Shown in pieces: positions 47,734 through 56,346 of a stretch of 64,000 bases of DNA (position 1 is the first letter of the stretch; each line of letters begins with the position of its first letter). Source of the DNA: a virus; IMG/VR virus record IMGVR_UViG_3300017960_000013; one strand, given 5' to 3'. Position numbers and translations under genes: made by a program. The notes beneath the pieces were generated by a model. It saw only the letters and a list, made by a program, of their open reading frames with translations. It did no database searches and was not told the DNA's origin.

Positions 47734-48191
47734 TACTTCACCGCCTTCAAATATGACTCCAAATCACTGTAAGACATCGCACTCAACGTCTGAACCTTGT
47801 TTGCAGCCTCCATAATCTTTTTTAGTCTTGCTTTCAATCTTGAACCCTTTGTTCCTAAATCTGGAAACTCTTGATGAGAATAATGCAACTCATCAACCAA
47901 CTTATCCATGTGCGTCGTTGCCCTCGATAATGCCCTTAACGCAATCTTAGCCTTTGTTTTGTCGTCAGTAGCGTTTACTAACTTTGAAGCCTTCAAAATC
48001 TCCTGAGCAACAGCCTCCTCACATTCGTCTTCATTGCTCATAGGCTCGTAAAAACCGTCTTCGTCGCATTCCTGCTCTCGCCGCCTGCGCCTACGACCCA
48101 ATCCAACAGGCCCAGTCCCGTCCGGCTTTCCCGGCCCAAGTAATTGACCAGCCAACTTCAATAATTCACCAGCGATTTTTGTATTTTCCAT
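47733..48191 (-). CDS. double-leader mosaic protein
   Basis: MENTKIAGELLKLAGQLLG ... AVAQEILKASKLVNA. Confidence 0.72.
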   Translation of the reverse strand: MENTKIAGELLKLAGQLLGPGKPDGTGPVGLGRRRRRREQECDEDGFYEPMSNEDECEEAVAQEILKASKLVNATDDKTKAKIALRALSRATTHMDKLVDELHYSHQEFPDLGTKGSRLKARLKKIMEAANKVQTLSAMSYSDLESYLKAVK

Positions 48192-48192
48192 T

Positions 48193-48465
48193 TTACTTCC
48201 CCTGCCGAACAAGCTTCAAGAAATTTTCCAAAGTGTTCTTCTCAGTTCCCTTACGACCTTCTGGCATTTTGTAGCTGTAACTTATCCACGTCATTCCGTC
48301 ACTGGTAAAACTATGCTGAGGAATCCCTACCCAAATCTCCTTCACCACAAACTCAATACCTCCCTCGCCTGTGAACTTCGTTCCCTTCTTAAGCACTGAA
48401 GGCGCCTGCACATCAGCGTTCATAAGCTTTGCTATCTTCAAAAGCTCAAAAGCCACTTTCTTCAT
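48193..48465 (-). CDS. leader-bearing small protein
   Basis: MKKVAFELLKIAKLMNA. Confidence 0.72.
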   Translation of the reverse strand: MKKVAFELLKIAKLMNADVQAPSVLKKGTKFTGEGGIEFVVKEIWVGIPQHSFTSDGMTWISYSYKMPEGRKGTEKNTLENFLKLVRQGK

Positions 48466-48502
48466 TTTCCCCATCCCTGTAAGAAAAGGACGCTTTTCAC
48501 TT

Positions 48503-48811
48503 TTACCAATCTACAGATGGCCCTTTCATCCCCCTGCTGTCCCACCACTTCTTCGCATGCCTTTCAAGTGATCCCCAAAACCCAGCAGAATTCATGTCTA
48601 CGTCTGGATGCTTAGAAGACAACTTATCGTATAATTTCTGAAATCTGTCGTGAAACCTTTGCTGATGTCTCATCGGCGCTTTACTCTTTGCTGACTCAAT
48701 CTTCAAAGCATATGCCTTGGCAAGATTTTTTTTAGCAACGGCAGAAGGGATACCGCTAATAAGTAATTGAGCAGTTCTCAAAAGCTCCTGAGCTATCTCT
48801 TTATCATCCAT
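48503..48811 (-). CDS. leader-bearing small protein
   Basis: MDDKEIAQELLRTAQLLISG. Confidence 0.7.
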   Translation of the reverse strand: MDDKEIAQELLRTAQLLISGIPSAVAKKNLAKAYALKIESAKSKAPMRHQQRFHDRFQKLYDKLSSKHPDVDMNSAGFWGSLERHAKKWWDSRGMKGPSVDW

Positions 48812-48870
48812 TTTCCCAAACCCTTGTAACAAAGACCGCTTTTCACTTTTCAAATTTTTTTGCTCAAATA

Positions 48871-49161
48871 TTATTTCAACCCCTTCAAGTAATCTTCCAT
48901 CTTGGTGGATTCAAAATCCAATTTATTCCACGTCTCATTAAACGTATTTTCTATTGCTTTCATTCTCTTTTTCATCTGCTCGTGTTTCTTGTTACCCTCA
49001 ACTTCAGGAAATAAATCAACAGCATCAACAAATTCCATTTGAGCCTTGTCCAAATGCGTCATCGCACTTCTCAATTTCTTCAAACAAGGCTTTGCTCCCG
49101 GTTTCCCAGATGCCGCTATTCTATTTGCTATCTCCAAAATCTCTCTTGCGATTTTTTCCAT
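48871..49161 (-). CDS. leader-bearing small protein
   Basis: MEKIAREILEIANRIAASG. Confidence 0.7.
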   Translation of the reverse strand: MEKIAREILEIANRIAASGKPGAKPCLKKLRSAMTHLDKAQMEFVDAVDLFPEVEGNKKHEQMKKRMKAIENTFNETWNKLDFESTKMEDYLKGLK

Positions 49162-49271
49162 TTCCCATCCCCTTTTTTGCTTCAAAAAAGCAATGTTATG
49201 CGTCAAAACGAATATATCAAACCAAAATCTACTCTGCCGTATTTTCTCGCATATAGGCTTTAACGAACTTC

Positions 49272-49466
49272 CTACACGCCCTGAATGATAACCGTTCTAT
49301 TTTTAATGTCCCTATCAGTGTCATCTGTATCAATGGTGCCAAAAAAACGTGATCGAAATATCATTGTATTTTTCCATTCTCGAATATTTGATGCTCGAAG
49401 ACCATTGTAAAAAACCATTCTCGAATATTCTGCCGCAAATCGTGTTACGTCAATCTGTTGTGCCAA
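49272..49466 (-). CDS. small hypothetical protein
   Basis: 64 aa, TTG start. Confidence 0.45.
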   Translation of the reverse strand: MAQQIDVTRFAAEYSRMVFYNGLRASNIREWKNTMIFRSRFFGTIDTDDTDRDIKNRTVIIQGV

Positions 49467-49495
49467 AAAAAAGTAACTAACCTATTTTTTAATGT

Positions 49496-49936
49496 CTAAA
49501 GGAACTCCCCCGTGGATAAAAGGCGAGCTACGCGGCGTATCTCAGATAGGACAGTACAGTGTAATAGAAAGTCCGTTGCCACTTTGTTACAGCAATCATC
49601 AGTAGGATGGTCGATCAGCCAGATGTCCCACGGTGAACTTCGACGAGGCTGTTTTATAGACTCTGGGTACTTGCGTGGTCTACGCTGCTTTCTTTTCTTA
49701 CGCGTTACGCCTCCGGGTCTATCAAGCTTCTCAGGGCCATAGCGGTTATATCTCTTACGTTGTTCACGTTTCATTTTGCTTTTATTCTGTCGGTAATACT
49801 TGCGAAGCTTACGACGTTGCGTTGGCGTACGTTTTCCTTTTCCAAATTGATAGGGCTGCTCTTGTTCCATTCTACTAAACCGCTGAATATAAAAAAATAT
49901 TTTCGTTGGGGTGGAGGGTTCTTGTAAAGATGGCAT
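49496..49936 (-). CDS. Arg/Lys-rich hypothetical protein
   Basis: RRKLRKYYRQNKSKMKREQRKR...RKKRKQRRPRK; start uncertain. Confidence 0.5.
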   Translation of the reverse strand: MPSLQEPSTPTKIFFYIQRFSRMEQEQPYQFGKGKRTPTQRRKLRKYYRQNKSKMKREQRKRYNRYGPEKLDRPGGVTRKKRKQRRPRKYPESIKQPRRSSPWDIWLIDHPTDDCCNKVATDFLLHCTVLSEIRRVARLLSTGEFL

Positions 49937-50435
49937 TGGCAGGAAGTTAGAGATATGTGCAATTTAGCAGTATTGTGTTACTGCTTAAGGCAGGTCTATT
50001 ATAGTGCTTAAAGCTTTCTTAATTCGTCGTTATAGTCCTTCGAGTTCTGCGTCAAGAAGCAATTGGCGATTTTTGAGATGCTCCTCAGCAGTTACTGCTT
50101 CCGTAATTACTTCGTACTGCTTAGTTTAGAATCATCTCTACTTCGATCCGAAGTGTGTAGTATGCTTCTTGCCGCAGGATTTAGAGAGGGTCGAGGTGTA
50201 TGACGAGGTGTAATTACCAATAGGTCGTTTTAGGGAGGTTTCGAAGGGGTGATAAGGGAAAGGGCTTTGGGAGTGGTAAAGTACAACGGAGGGGGCTTTA
50301 TCGCGGGAATAAGAGGGGTTCTGGGCAGGTAAAGAGAAGCGAGTCCTCCGGGAAATATTCCTTTTAGCAGCTCTTGGTCACAGAGGTAGCATCAAGGAGG
50401 GTTGGTACGTCCCCGAAGGACTCGCAAAGAAAGCT
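49937..50435. other. ~500-bp non-coding gap with short repeats and a purine/G-rich plus strand
   Basis: No ORF; TACTGCTT x3 (49979, 50093, 50115), CGAGGTGTA x2 (50192, 50204). Confidence 0.55.
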
Positions 50436-50690
50436 TCAGTCACTGTAGATGATTTTTTTCAGTCGTTTTATCGCATTGAAAAGGACCGTCGCCGAGACAT
50501 CGTCATTACCCATGAGTAGATTTTTGGCAAGGGTGTCACAGTTCTGCTTATCTCTGAATTCAAAGACTACCCGTTTGCCATTGCGTTTCGTATCTTGGAT
50601 GGACTGATCTTTGGCAACAAGGTACGCTGCTGTAAGGAAATCCGACGTTTCATACTGCTGCTGTTGTTCCATCGTGGGCCATCCTTTCAT
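50436..50690 (-). CDS. DUF5659-like small protein
   Basis: YETSDFLTAAYLVAK...RNGKRVVFEF; AGGA RBS. Confidence 0.6.
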   Translation of the reverse strand: MKGWPTMEQQQQYETSDFLTAAYLVAKDQSIQDTKRNGKRVVFEFRDKQNCDTLAKNLLMGNDDVSATVLFNAIKRLKKIIYSD

Positions 50691-50697
50691 TATAGAC

Positions 50698-51378
50698 TTA
50701 TATTGCTGTCGTGAGCTTATGTGCTTCTTTCAGGAGTGCGTCGAGTTCTTCCGGTGACATGGAGGCGATGCGTTTTTTCCGGAAGGTTTTGGGAAGTTCA
50801 TCCCAGCGTTGGATCAGGGTGTCGACTGACATATCTTTGCCAAAAATCGAGTAGACTGTTTCCTCGATTTCTCTTGCTTTGTTGGCTCTCAGCACGGAGG
50901 TTTTCATCACAGCTGACTTCACGGGACTTTTTTTGACCAACGCGGGATGTGTTTTAATCGTCCTTCGTCTTTTTCTTCGCGGGGAGAGTCCAGCGCCCTT
51001 ATGCAGCAGCACATCGATGACAGTCTTATCGACACCACCTTCGTGCAGTTCTCGAACGACGACAGGACGCGAGAGTGTCGGAAGTCTTTTATCGACAGCC
51101 CTAAAGACTTTGAAGAAGAGCTTGTTGGAAAAAAGCCGATAGCCATCGCCATTTTTTCGGACTTTATCAAAGGGAGCCATCATGGATTTATCAGAGAGTT
51201 TGCCACAATGGGTCATGGGATAGATGCGAACCCGACGGCCTCCGGGCGAGACTCCAATGCGAAGGAATTTCGGCTTTTGTGCTGCCAGAATTCTGTACAG
51301 CGCAGCAGTCATGTACATTCCTTTTGCTGCTCCGTCATACAGGGATACAAAATCAGACCGATTTTTCTTTTTTGCCAT
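50698..51378 (-). CDS. basic hypothetical protein
   Basis: 226 aa, GGAGG RBS. Confidence 0.65.
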   Translation of the reverse strand: MAKKKNRSDFVSLYDGAAKGMYMTAALYRILAAQKPKFLRIGVSPGGRRVRIYPMTHCGKLSDKSMMAPFDKVRKNGDGYRLFSNKLFFKVFRAVDKRLPTLSRPVVVRELHEGGVDKTVIDVLLHKGAGLSPRRKRRRTIKTHPALVKKSPVKSAVMKTSVLRANKAREIEETVYSIFGKDMSVDTLIQRWDELPKTFRKKRIASMSPEELDALLKEAHKLTTAI

Positions 51379-51441
51379 TACACATCCTCCTTTTCATTGT
51401 TAATTCTTTTCAAAAGAGATATTACGCTAACGTCTCTTGTT

Positions 51442-51786
51442 TCACATAAAGAGTTTGACAGCGTATCCAACAATCAACGCCGCTACTGGTTTCATGAATG
51501 CCCAGACGCACTGGGCCATGAGTGCTTTTTTGGATTCCTCCAGCTCTGTCTTTTTTCCGTCGAAGTTCGGCTTGTATGTCAGAAACGATATGATCATTCC
51601 AAGACCGATAGCTTGCACGAGGGAAAGAGTTTGAACCTTAAACGTCGTAGCGATAAACCATTGCCACAGCTTCATCAGGGCATAGCCATTGATGACGTAG
51701 CTGATTGGCATTAGGATGACTGCACTAACGACTGTGACGAGGCATCCGAGGAGTTCTGTTGCGGTTTTTTCGTCTTTTTCTGTCAT
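51442..51786 (-). CDS. small multi-pass membrane protein
   Basis: Likely start MTEKDEK; about three hydrophobic segments. Confidence 0.65.
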   Translation of the reverse strand: MTEKDEKTATELLGCLVTVVSAVILMPISYVINGYALMKLWQWFIATTFKVQTLSLVQAIGLGMIISFLTYKPNFDGKKTELEESKKALMAQCVWAFMKPVAALIVGYAVKLFM

Positions 51787-52118
51787 TGTGTGGTCCCTTC
51801 TGTGACGGCGGATTTTCCGTCGATTTTTACATCTTTGAACCATTGGGACATCAGGTATGCTACGGAAGCTTCTTTGTGCTCGTGCTGCAAATCCCAGCAG
51901 CGTTGGACTGTTGCAAGGTGTCGTGTCGCTTTTTTTCCGTCGACACCTTCCTTTAGGACAAATTCCGTCGATTTTGGCAGTCCTTCGAAGAACCAGCGTT
52001 GTTGGAGTTTTACCCATGGATTGTGTTGTTTCTTGAACTCGTCTGGGATTTCCTTATACTCCGGAACGATGTCTGCTGTACGAGCCACAAATCCTTTGAT
52101 TTCCTTGACAGGGTACAT
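51783..52118 (-). CDS. hypothetical protein
   Basis: 111 aa, AAGGA RBS. Confidence 0.6.
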   Translation of the reverse strand: MYPVKEIKGFVARTADIVPEYKEIPDEFKKQHNPWVKLQQRWFFEGLPKSTEFVLKEGVDGKKATRHLATVQRCWDLQHEHKEASVAYLMSQWFKDVKIDGKSAVTEGTTQ

Positions 52119-52131
52119 AATTTCATTCCTT

Positions 52132-52338
52132 TCATAGTTCTTTATAAGCGATGGTCTCCTTGACCCGAGCGATTCGGGAGTCTGGCCCCGCCAAACCGTC
52201 TTTTCTCAATCGGCGCAGGTCTTCGCGGGCTTCTTTGCGCGTATCGTAGGTATCGGGGGACTCTGGGGGTTCGCCATCGAGTCCGGGGCAGATGAGTCCC
52301 CACAGGATTCTGGTCGAGCTGTGTTTGAATTTTTTCAT
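52132..52338 (-). CDS. small hypothetical protein
   Basis: Start MKKFKH after GGAG, directly downstream of repeat copy 1. Confidence 0.55.
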   Translation of the reverse strand: MKKFKHSSTRILWGLICPGLDGEPPESPDTYDTRKEAREDLRRLRKDGLAGPDSRIARVKETIAYKEL

Positions 52339-52351
52339 GGTTTTTCTCCAA

Positions 52352-52447
52352 GAAAAGGTTTGCCTTGCAAAATGCAGGTGTCTCAACCACCCTTCAAAAG
52401 ACTTAACCGCATGAATCGCCATTTGCCGTGAACTTTCTTCGCATTTT
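52352..52447 (-). repeat. ~95-bp dispersed repeat, copy 1 (promoter-like), flanked by 20-bp direct repeats
   Basis: Near-identical to 59421..59515; TTTTTCATGGTTTTTCTCCA at 52331..52350 and 52444..52463. Confidence 0.9.
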
Positions 52448-52668
52448 TCATGGTTTTTCTCCAATTAGCTCTTTTCGAGCCGTTGCCCGTAATGCGAGGT
52501 CTGGGACAGGTGTATCGATTTCGCTCATGAAACGCATTTCAGGGGACGTTCGACCTTCGCCAGCACGAAAGCAGCTTCGATAGATTTCAATGGCTTGGTT
52601 GCGAAGTCCCGAGTCTCCCGCAGCGAAGCGAAGAATTGTGGTTTTTTCAGCAGATGTCATTTTCTCTC
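52448..52668 (-). CDS. small hypothetical protein
   Basis: Likely start MTSAEK after GGAG. Confidence 0.5.
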
Positions 52669-53334
52669 CTCCGGGTGTCCGCAGAATATGCACCAGTCAC
52701 CTGATTCGTTCTCTGGGTCGTATTCCTCCGGCAACGGCCAGAGGTCGTCATTGATAAGCCGTATGTGCTGTTTACCGTCTTTTGGGAACGAGTCGTAGTG
52801 GCACACCCCGTCCGGAGAGTAGCGGCAGCGCCATCCGAAAGAAACGCCGCAGCCCTTGCACCACGCGCCAACAGACATCCATTTGTCTTTCCAGTCGCTG
52901 TCTTTTATTCGCTCGAAGTGATGGTGGCAGTTGGTTTTTAGTTTTGCGAGATGTTCGTATAATGCTTCGATTTTCGCACGAGTTTTCTTCGCCTTGGCTT
53001 GGCTGGTTTGGAACTTCACGCAGGGAAGGGTTGCGAGAGGTCCGCCGATGCGAAAGGTTTGCGAAGCTTGCGGGGTGGAGTAGACAGTGATGTGTTGAAA
53101 GCATTCGCCACAGAAGTTCGCCATGTTGCGGGCTTCAAGCCGTTCCCATTGGGCTATCTTGTGTCCGTTTTTCTCCGCGAGTTTTTCTGCTTTTTGCATG
53201 ACCTTATTCAGTGAGTCCATTGTTTGCATCCTTTCATCGGACGGGATATTTCGCGACATAAGCCGCGACCCGATCCATGTAGCGATGTATTCCCGGTCCG
53301 TCAATCCTTGTTGCGTGGAAATGCAATTCGTCAA
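52657..53334 (-). CDS. hypothetical protein with C-terminal Cys clusters
   Basis: CHHH, CKGCG, CRYSPDGVC, CIFCG; TTGTATAAC promoter-like site at ~53369. Confidence 0.6.
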   Translation of the reverse strand: MTNCISTQQGLTDREYIATWIGSRLMSRNIPSDERMQTMDSLNKVMQKAEKLAEKNGHKIAQWERLEARNMANFCGECFQHITVYSTPQASQTFRIGGPLATLPCVKFQTSQAKAKKTRAKIEALYEHLAKLKTNCHHHFERIKDSDWKDKWMSVGAWCKGCGVSFGWRCRYSPDGVCHYDSFPKDGKQHIRLINDDLWPLPEEYDPENESGDWCIFCGHPEERK

Positions 53335-53542
53335 GCATCTCGTGCAACGCTTTATAGACCGCTGTAAAGTTATACAATCCTTCGCGTAATACTTTGGGGA
53401 TTTTTTTGTTTTCGAAGCAGATTTCCAGCGCCCACCCGTCTTTGTGCAGGGCCAGTGTACTGCGATTCATGCCGTCAGGAGGCGTTAATGGCCCGCCTTC
53501 AAGGACCATGTAGTTCGTGCATTCGAGCGCCACGCCGATCAT

Positions 53543-54328
53543 TTACTTCTCTTTCTTCACGAGCCAAATAACGTTGAAGCGAAGAGTAGAGAAACGCGTG
53601 GGTCTGTTTGCGTTCAGATTGACAGTCGTCTTCGCTGTACTTTTAGGGTTGACCCCTGTGAACGTAGCTGACCCTTGCCAACCTCGTGTTGCTGGAGGTA
53701 TCCAGCCTTTGATTTGCACAGTGCAAAATACGATACGTTTGCTTGTGCTGTTGCGAAGGGTGACGCTTAACGTCTTCTCGTCCTTCTTTTTAACCGTGGC
53801 CGAGAGTCCGCGAATCGGTTTGTATTTTCTCGTCTTCTGATTGAATTCGGATTTCTCGCTTTCCCTTTTATACTCCAAGAAGTGTTTCCATCGCTTGTTC
53901 ACTTTGTTGATCTTCCACCAATTGTCTTCGTTGTAATACTGTTGATCTTCTCTTGACGTCTTTTCTGGTTTGTCGGGTTCCTTAACTTCTACTTCGGATT
54001 CTTTCTCTTTCGCCTTGTTCGTAACAGCCCTTTGAATCCACGAGGAGTCCAATCCCTTGCGCAGCGAAGTTACGACGTCCTTGTTCATTTGCAGGATTTC
54101 GAGGAGCTGTTCCTTGTTCTTCAGGGTTTCGTCTTTCTTAACAGCGTTCCGGATTGCAGCGAGTTTGGAGTAGACATCCATCACGCTCTTTTCTTCGGAC
54201 GTAAAGAAGTGATGGACGGCCAGCTGTGCGTCAGCAAGGTATTGCTGACCCTCCTTGATAGTAGGCTTTTCTTCGGCGAATGCGAAGCTTGTGCAGCACA
54301 ACAGTAGCATGATAATCATTCGTTTCAT
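53543..54328 (-). CDS. hypothetical protein with Sec-type signal peptide
   Basis: MKRMIIMLLLCCTSFAFA-EEK. Confidence 0.6.
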   Translation of the reverse strand: MKRMIIMLLLCCTSFAFAEEKPTIKEGQQYLADAQLAVHHFFTSEEKSVMDVYSKLAAIRNAVKKDETLKNKEQLLEILQMNKDVVTSLRKGLDSSWIQRAVTNKAKEKESEVEVKEPDKPEKTSREDQQYYNEDNWWKINKVNKRWKHFLEYKRESEKSEFNQKTRKYKPIRGLSATVKKKDEKTLSVTLRNSTSKRIVFCTVQIKGWIPPATRGWQGSATFTGVNPKSTAKTTVNLNANRPTRFSTLRFNVIWLVKKEK

Positions 54329-54771
54329 TGTTTGTTCTCCCCAAAGGTTTGATGTACTCTTTCTGTCAACCATTCCTTATTCTTATAGTTAGAAACAATA
54401 TCTAAGGCTTGTTCCTTACTTAGCTTTTCCAAGCTCTCCAAGGCTGCTGTTTCATTTTTCATCGAGGTCGCCAACAAAACATTGAGCACATCCTTCTTTC
54501 CAGAAGGATAGATTTCCTTGTACCAAAGGTAAGCAAGTGTGATGTAAATCCAAATCCGAATTTCTTTGTCGGGATGAACATCGCACTTAAAATCGTTTTC
54601 CCATTCTTCTGCGGCTTGTGGATACGCATCACTCAAACTGGCTTCAAACCATTGACACCACTGTTTTTGATTTTCATTGAGTGTGGTGTGGTACCACATG
54701 ATTGTCAAACCGTCTTTAGTTGTGTGGTCATATATTGCGTTTTGAATAATTTTCTGGTCTTCGCCTGACAT
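54325..54771 (-). CDS. hypothetical protein
   Basis: Co-oriented, coupled. Confidence 0.55.
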   Translation of the reverse strand: MSGEDQKIIQNAIYDHTTKDGLTIMWYHTTLNENQKQWCQWFEASLSDAYPQAAEEWENDFKCDVHPDKEIRIWIYITLAYLWYKEIYPSGKKDVLNVLLATSMKNETAALESLEKLSKEQALDIVSNYKNKEWLTERVHQTFGENKQ

Positions 54772-55167
54772 TGTTTTCTCCTTCAAGGGTTCAGCGGGCA
54801 GTCACTGCCGCATTCACAGGGACAGTCACCTTCGTATTCTGTCAGGTATCCGTTTTTCTTGCGATGCGCGCAGCATTGGTCCATCAGCGCTTGTTCCATA
54901 TCGTCCTGCTGGCGAAGATAAGTATCAAGGCTTGATTGGACAGGATCGATCATCGGTTTTTTCCTTCCAAGGGTAAAGTAAAGTATCAATCAGCTTGCTA
55001 TCCAGAACATTCCGGATTTCTTCCTTGGTGATTCTCGCTGACCTTCCGTACTCCATAGCCCGTTGTACCAGCGAACGGCCCTCGTGGGTTTCGTGAGGCT
55101 CCTCGGCGGCGAGAAGCACACATTTGAGGGCGAATAGTAGGCGATTTTTCATGGTTTTCCCTCACGG

Positions 55168-55458
55168 TTAAGTCGCGATAAAAAGCTGGTCGAATTTAGC
55201 TTTGACAATTGCCTCTGCTTTCTTTCTCTCCCCTCCTTTTACGACTTCTGATATTCTGACTTTCTTTATGCAACCATCCTCATTTCCCACAACGTAAATC
55301 TTGCCGTTATCGGTTACCCATCCCAAGATATCTTGAACAGAGAAGTTTTTGCGTTTCTCTTCAATCTGTCGGAAGGTGGCTTTGGTCATTTTGTGATTGT
55401 CAACGCGAATCACTTTGATTTCGATAGTTGCCGTCTGGATTGTCAAATTCTTTTTCAT
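55168..55458 (-). CDS. small hypothetical protein
   Basis: Start MKKNLT after GGGGAG. Confidence 0.55.
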   Translation of the reverse strand: MKKNLTIQTATIEIKVIRVDNHKMTKATFRQIEEKRKNFSVQDILGWVTDNGKIYVVGNEDGCIKKVRISEVVKGGERKKAEAIVKAKFDQLFIAT

Positions 55459-55486
55459 GGTTTCTCCCCACTGGGGAATTCCCCAG

Positions 55487-55765
55487 TTAGAAATACTCTT
55501 TGTAAGTCTCCCAATTGCTGGCTGCTTTGATCTTGTCAACAGGGACACTGTACCAGATTGTCGGGCGCGGGTCAGGCGCTGAGAAGACGTTGAATTCCTC
55601 CTCACTGTACGCCACAGCAGCAGCCGTGAAGGGACCGTTGTCCACCAGCACGACATACATCTCGCCTTCTGGCGCAGGCCAGACAGGGTTTTCGCCGACT
55701 CTTGTGCCGTGCTTGTTCAGGAAGGACTCTTTTTCTTCGGTTGGAGGGTTGATGTAGCATCCCAT
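55487..55765 (-). CDS. small hypothetical protein
   Basis: 92 aa, AAGGA RBS. Confidence 0.6.
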   Translation of the reverse strand: MGCYINPPTEEKESFLNKHGTRVGENPVWPAPEGEMYVVLVDNGPFTAAAVAYSEEEFNVFSAPDPRPTIWYSVPVDKIKAASNWETYKEYF

Positions 55766-55776
55766 TGTTTCATCCT

Positions 55777-55962
55777 TTACAGATCATCAAGGGTTGTTCC
55801 GAGTTCTTCCAACAGCACGCCCAGCTTGTTGTCTGCAATCCGGTGACTGTTCTTCAAATCTTCGTTTGTCGTATTAGGCTCGTAACGCTCCGACAAATCG
55901 AACTCGTAGAACAGCCAGTGGATACATTCTCTCGCGGCTTCACGGAATTGCTTTTCGTCCAT
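55777..55962 (-). CDS. small hypothetical protein
   Basis: 61 aa, GGAGG RBS. Confidence 0.55.
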   Translation of the reverse strand: MDEKQFREAARECIHWLFYEFDLSERYEPNTTNEDLKNSHRIADNKLGVLLEELGTTLDDL

Positions 55963-55965
55963 TGT

Positions 55966-56205
55966 TTATTTCCTCCCCGCTGCCCTAAGCTTTGACAACA
56001 TTTTCTTCGTTGCCCCTTCTCTCATAAAAGAACAATCCGGAGAAAGTGAAACTTCAATGTAATATGTGTTACCAACGCCTTTCTTATAAAATACACCAAA
56101 GACGCCACGAGTTTGAATAAGTTGTAATCGTAATTGTGTTACTTCGTTTTCCGTACAATCCCACATCGTGAAATGAAATGTGGGATAATTGAATAAGAAC
56201 TTCAT
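55966..56205 (-). CDS. small hypothetical protein
   Basis: 79 aa, AAGGAG RBS. Confidence 0.55.
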   Translation of the reverse strand: MKFLFNYPTFHFTMWDCTENEVTQLRLQLIQTRGVFGVFYKKGVGNTYYIEVSLSPDCSFMREGATKKMLSKLRAAGRK

Positions 56206-56346
56206 TCTTCATTCTCCTTATGTGGGCAAACGCTTTCACATTCCCCGACGCCGAGGATTCTTACAACCGCACATTCATCGGCGCATTCAGGGAACGGGAC
56301 GTCTTTAAGCTCTTGAGTTGTCTTCACGCTTTCATTCCTTTAGAAA

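Noticed and set aside
32506-49161. Leader as a Sec/Tat signal peptide or a DNA-level repeat
   Set aside because: It is charged and amphipathic with no hydrophobic core or twin-Arg, and synonymous variation shows conservation at the protein level.
50947-51714. 255-aa plus-strand ORF and other plus-strand ORFs in the track
   Set aside because: They overlap well-supported minus-strand genes and lack recognisable motifs; no plus-strand gene could be supported.
52352-52447. c-di-GMP-I riboswitch or hammerhead ribozyme in the repeat or structured elements
   Set aside because: GGCAAA and GAAA words occur, but not in the required order or stem context; no CUGANGA core.
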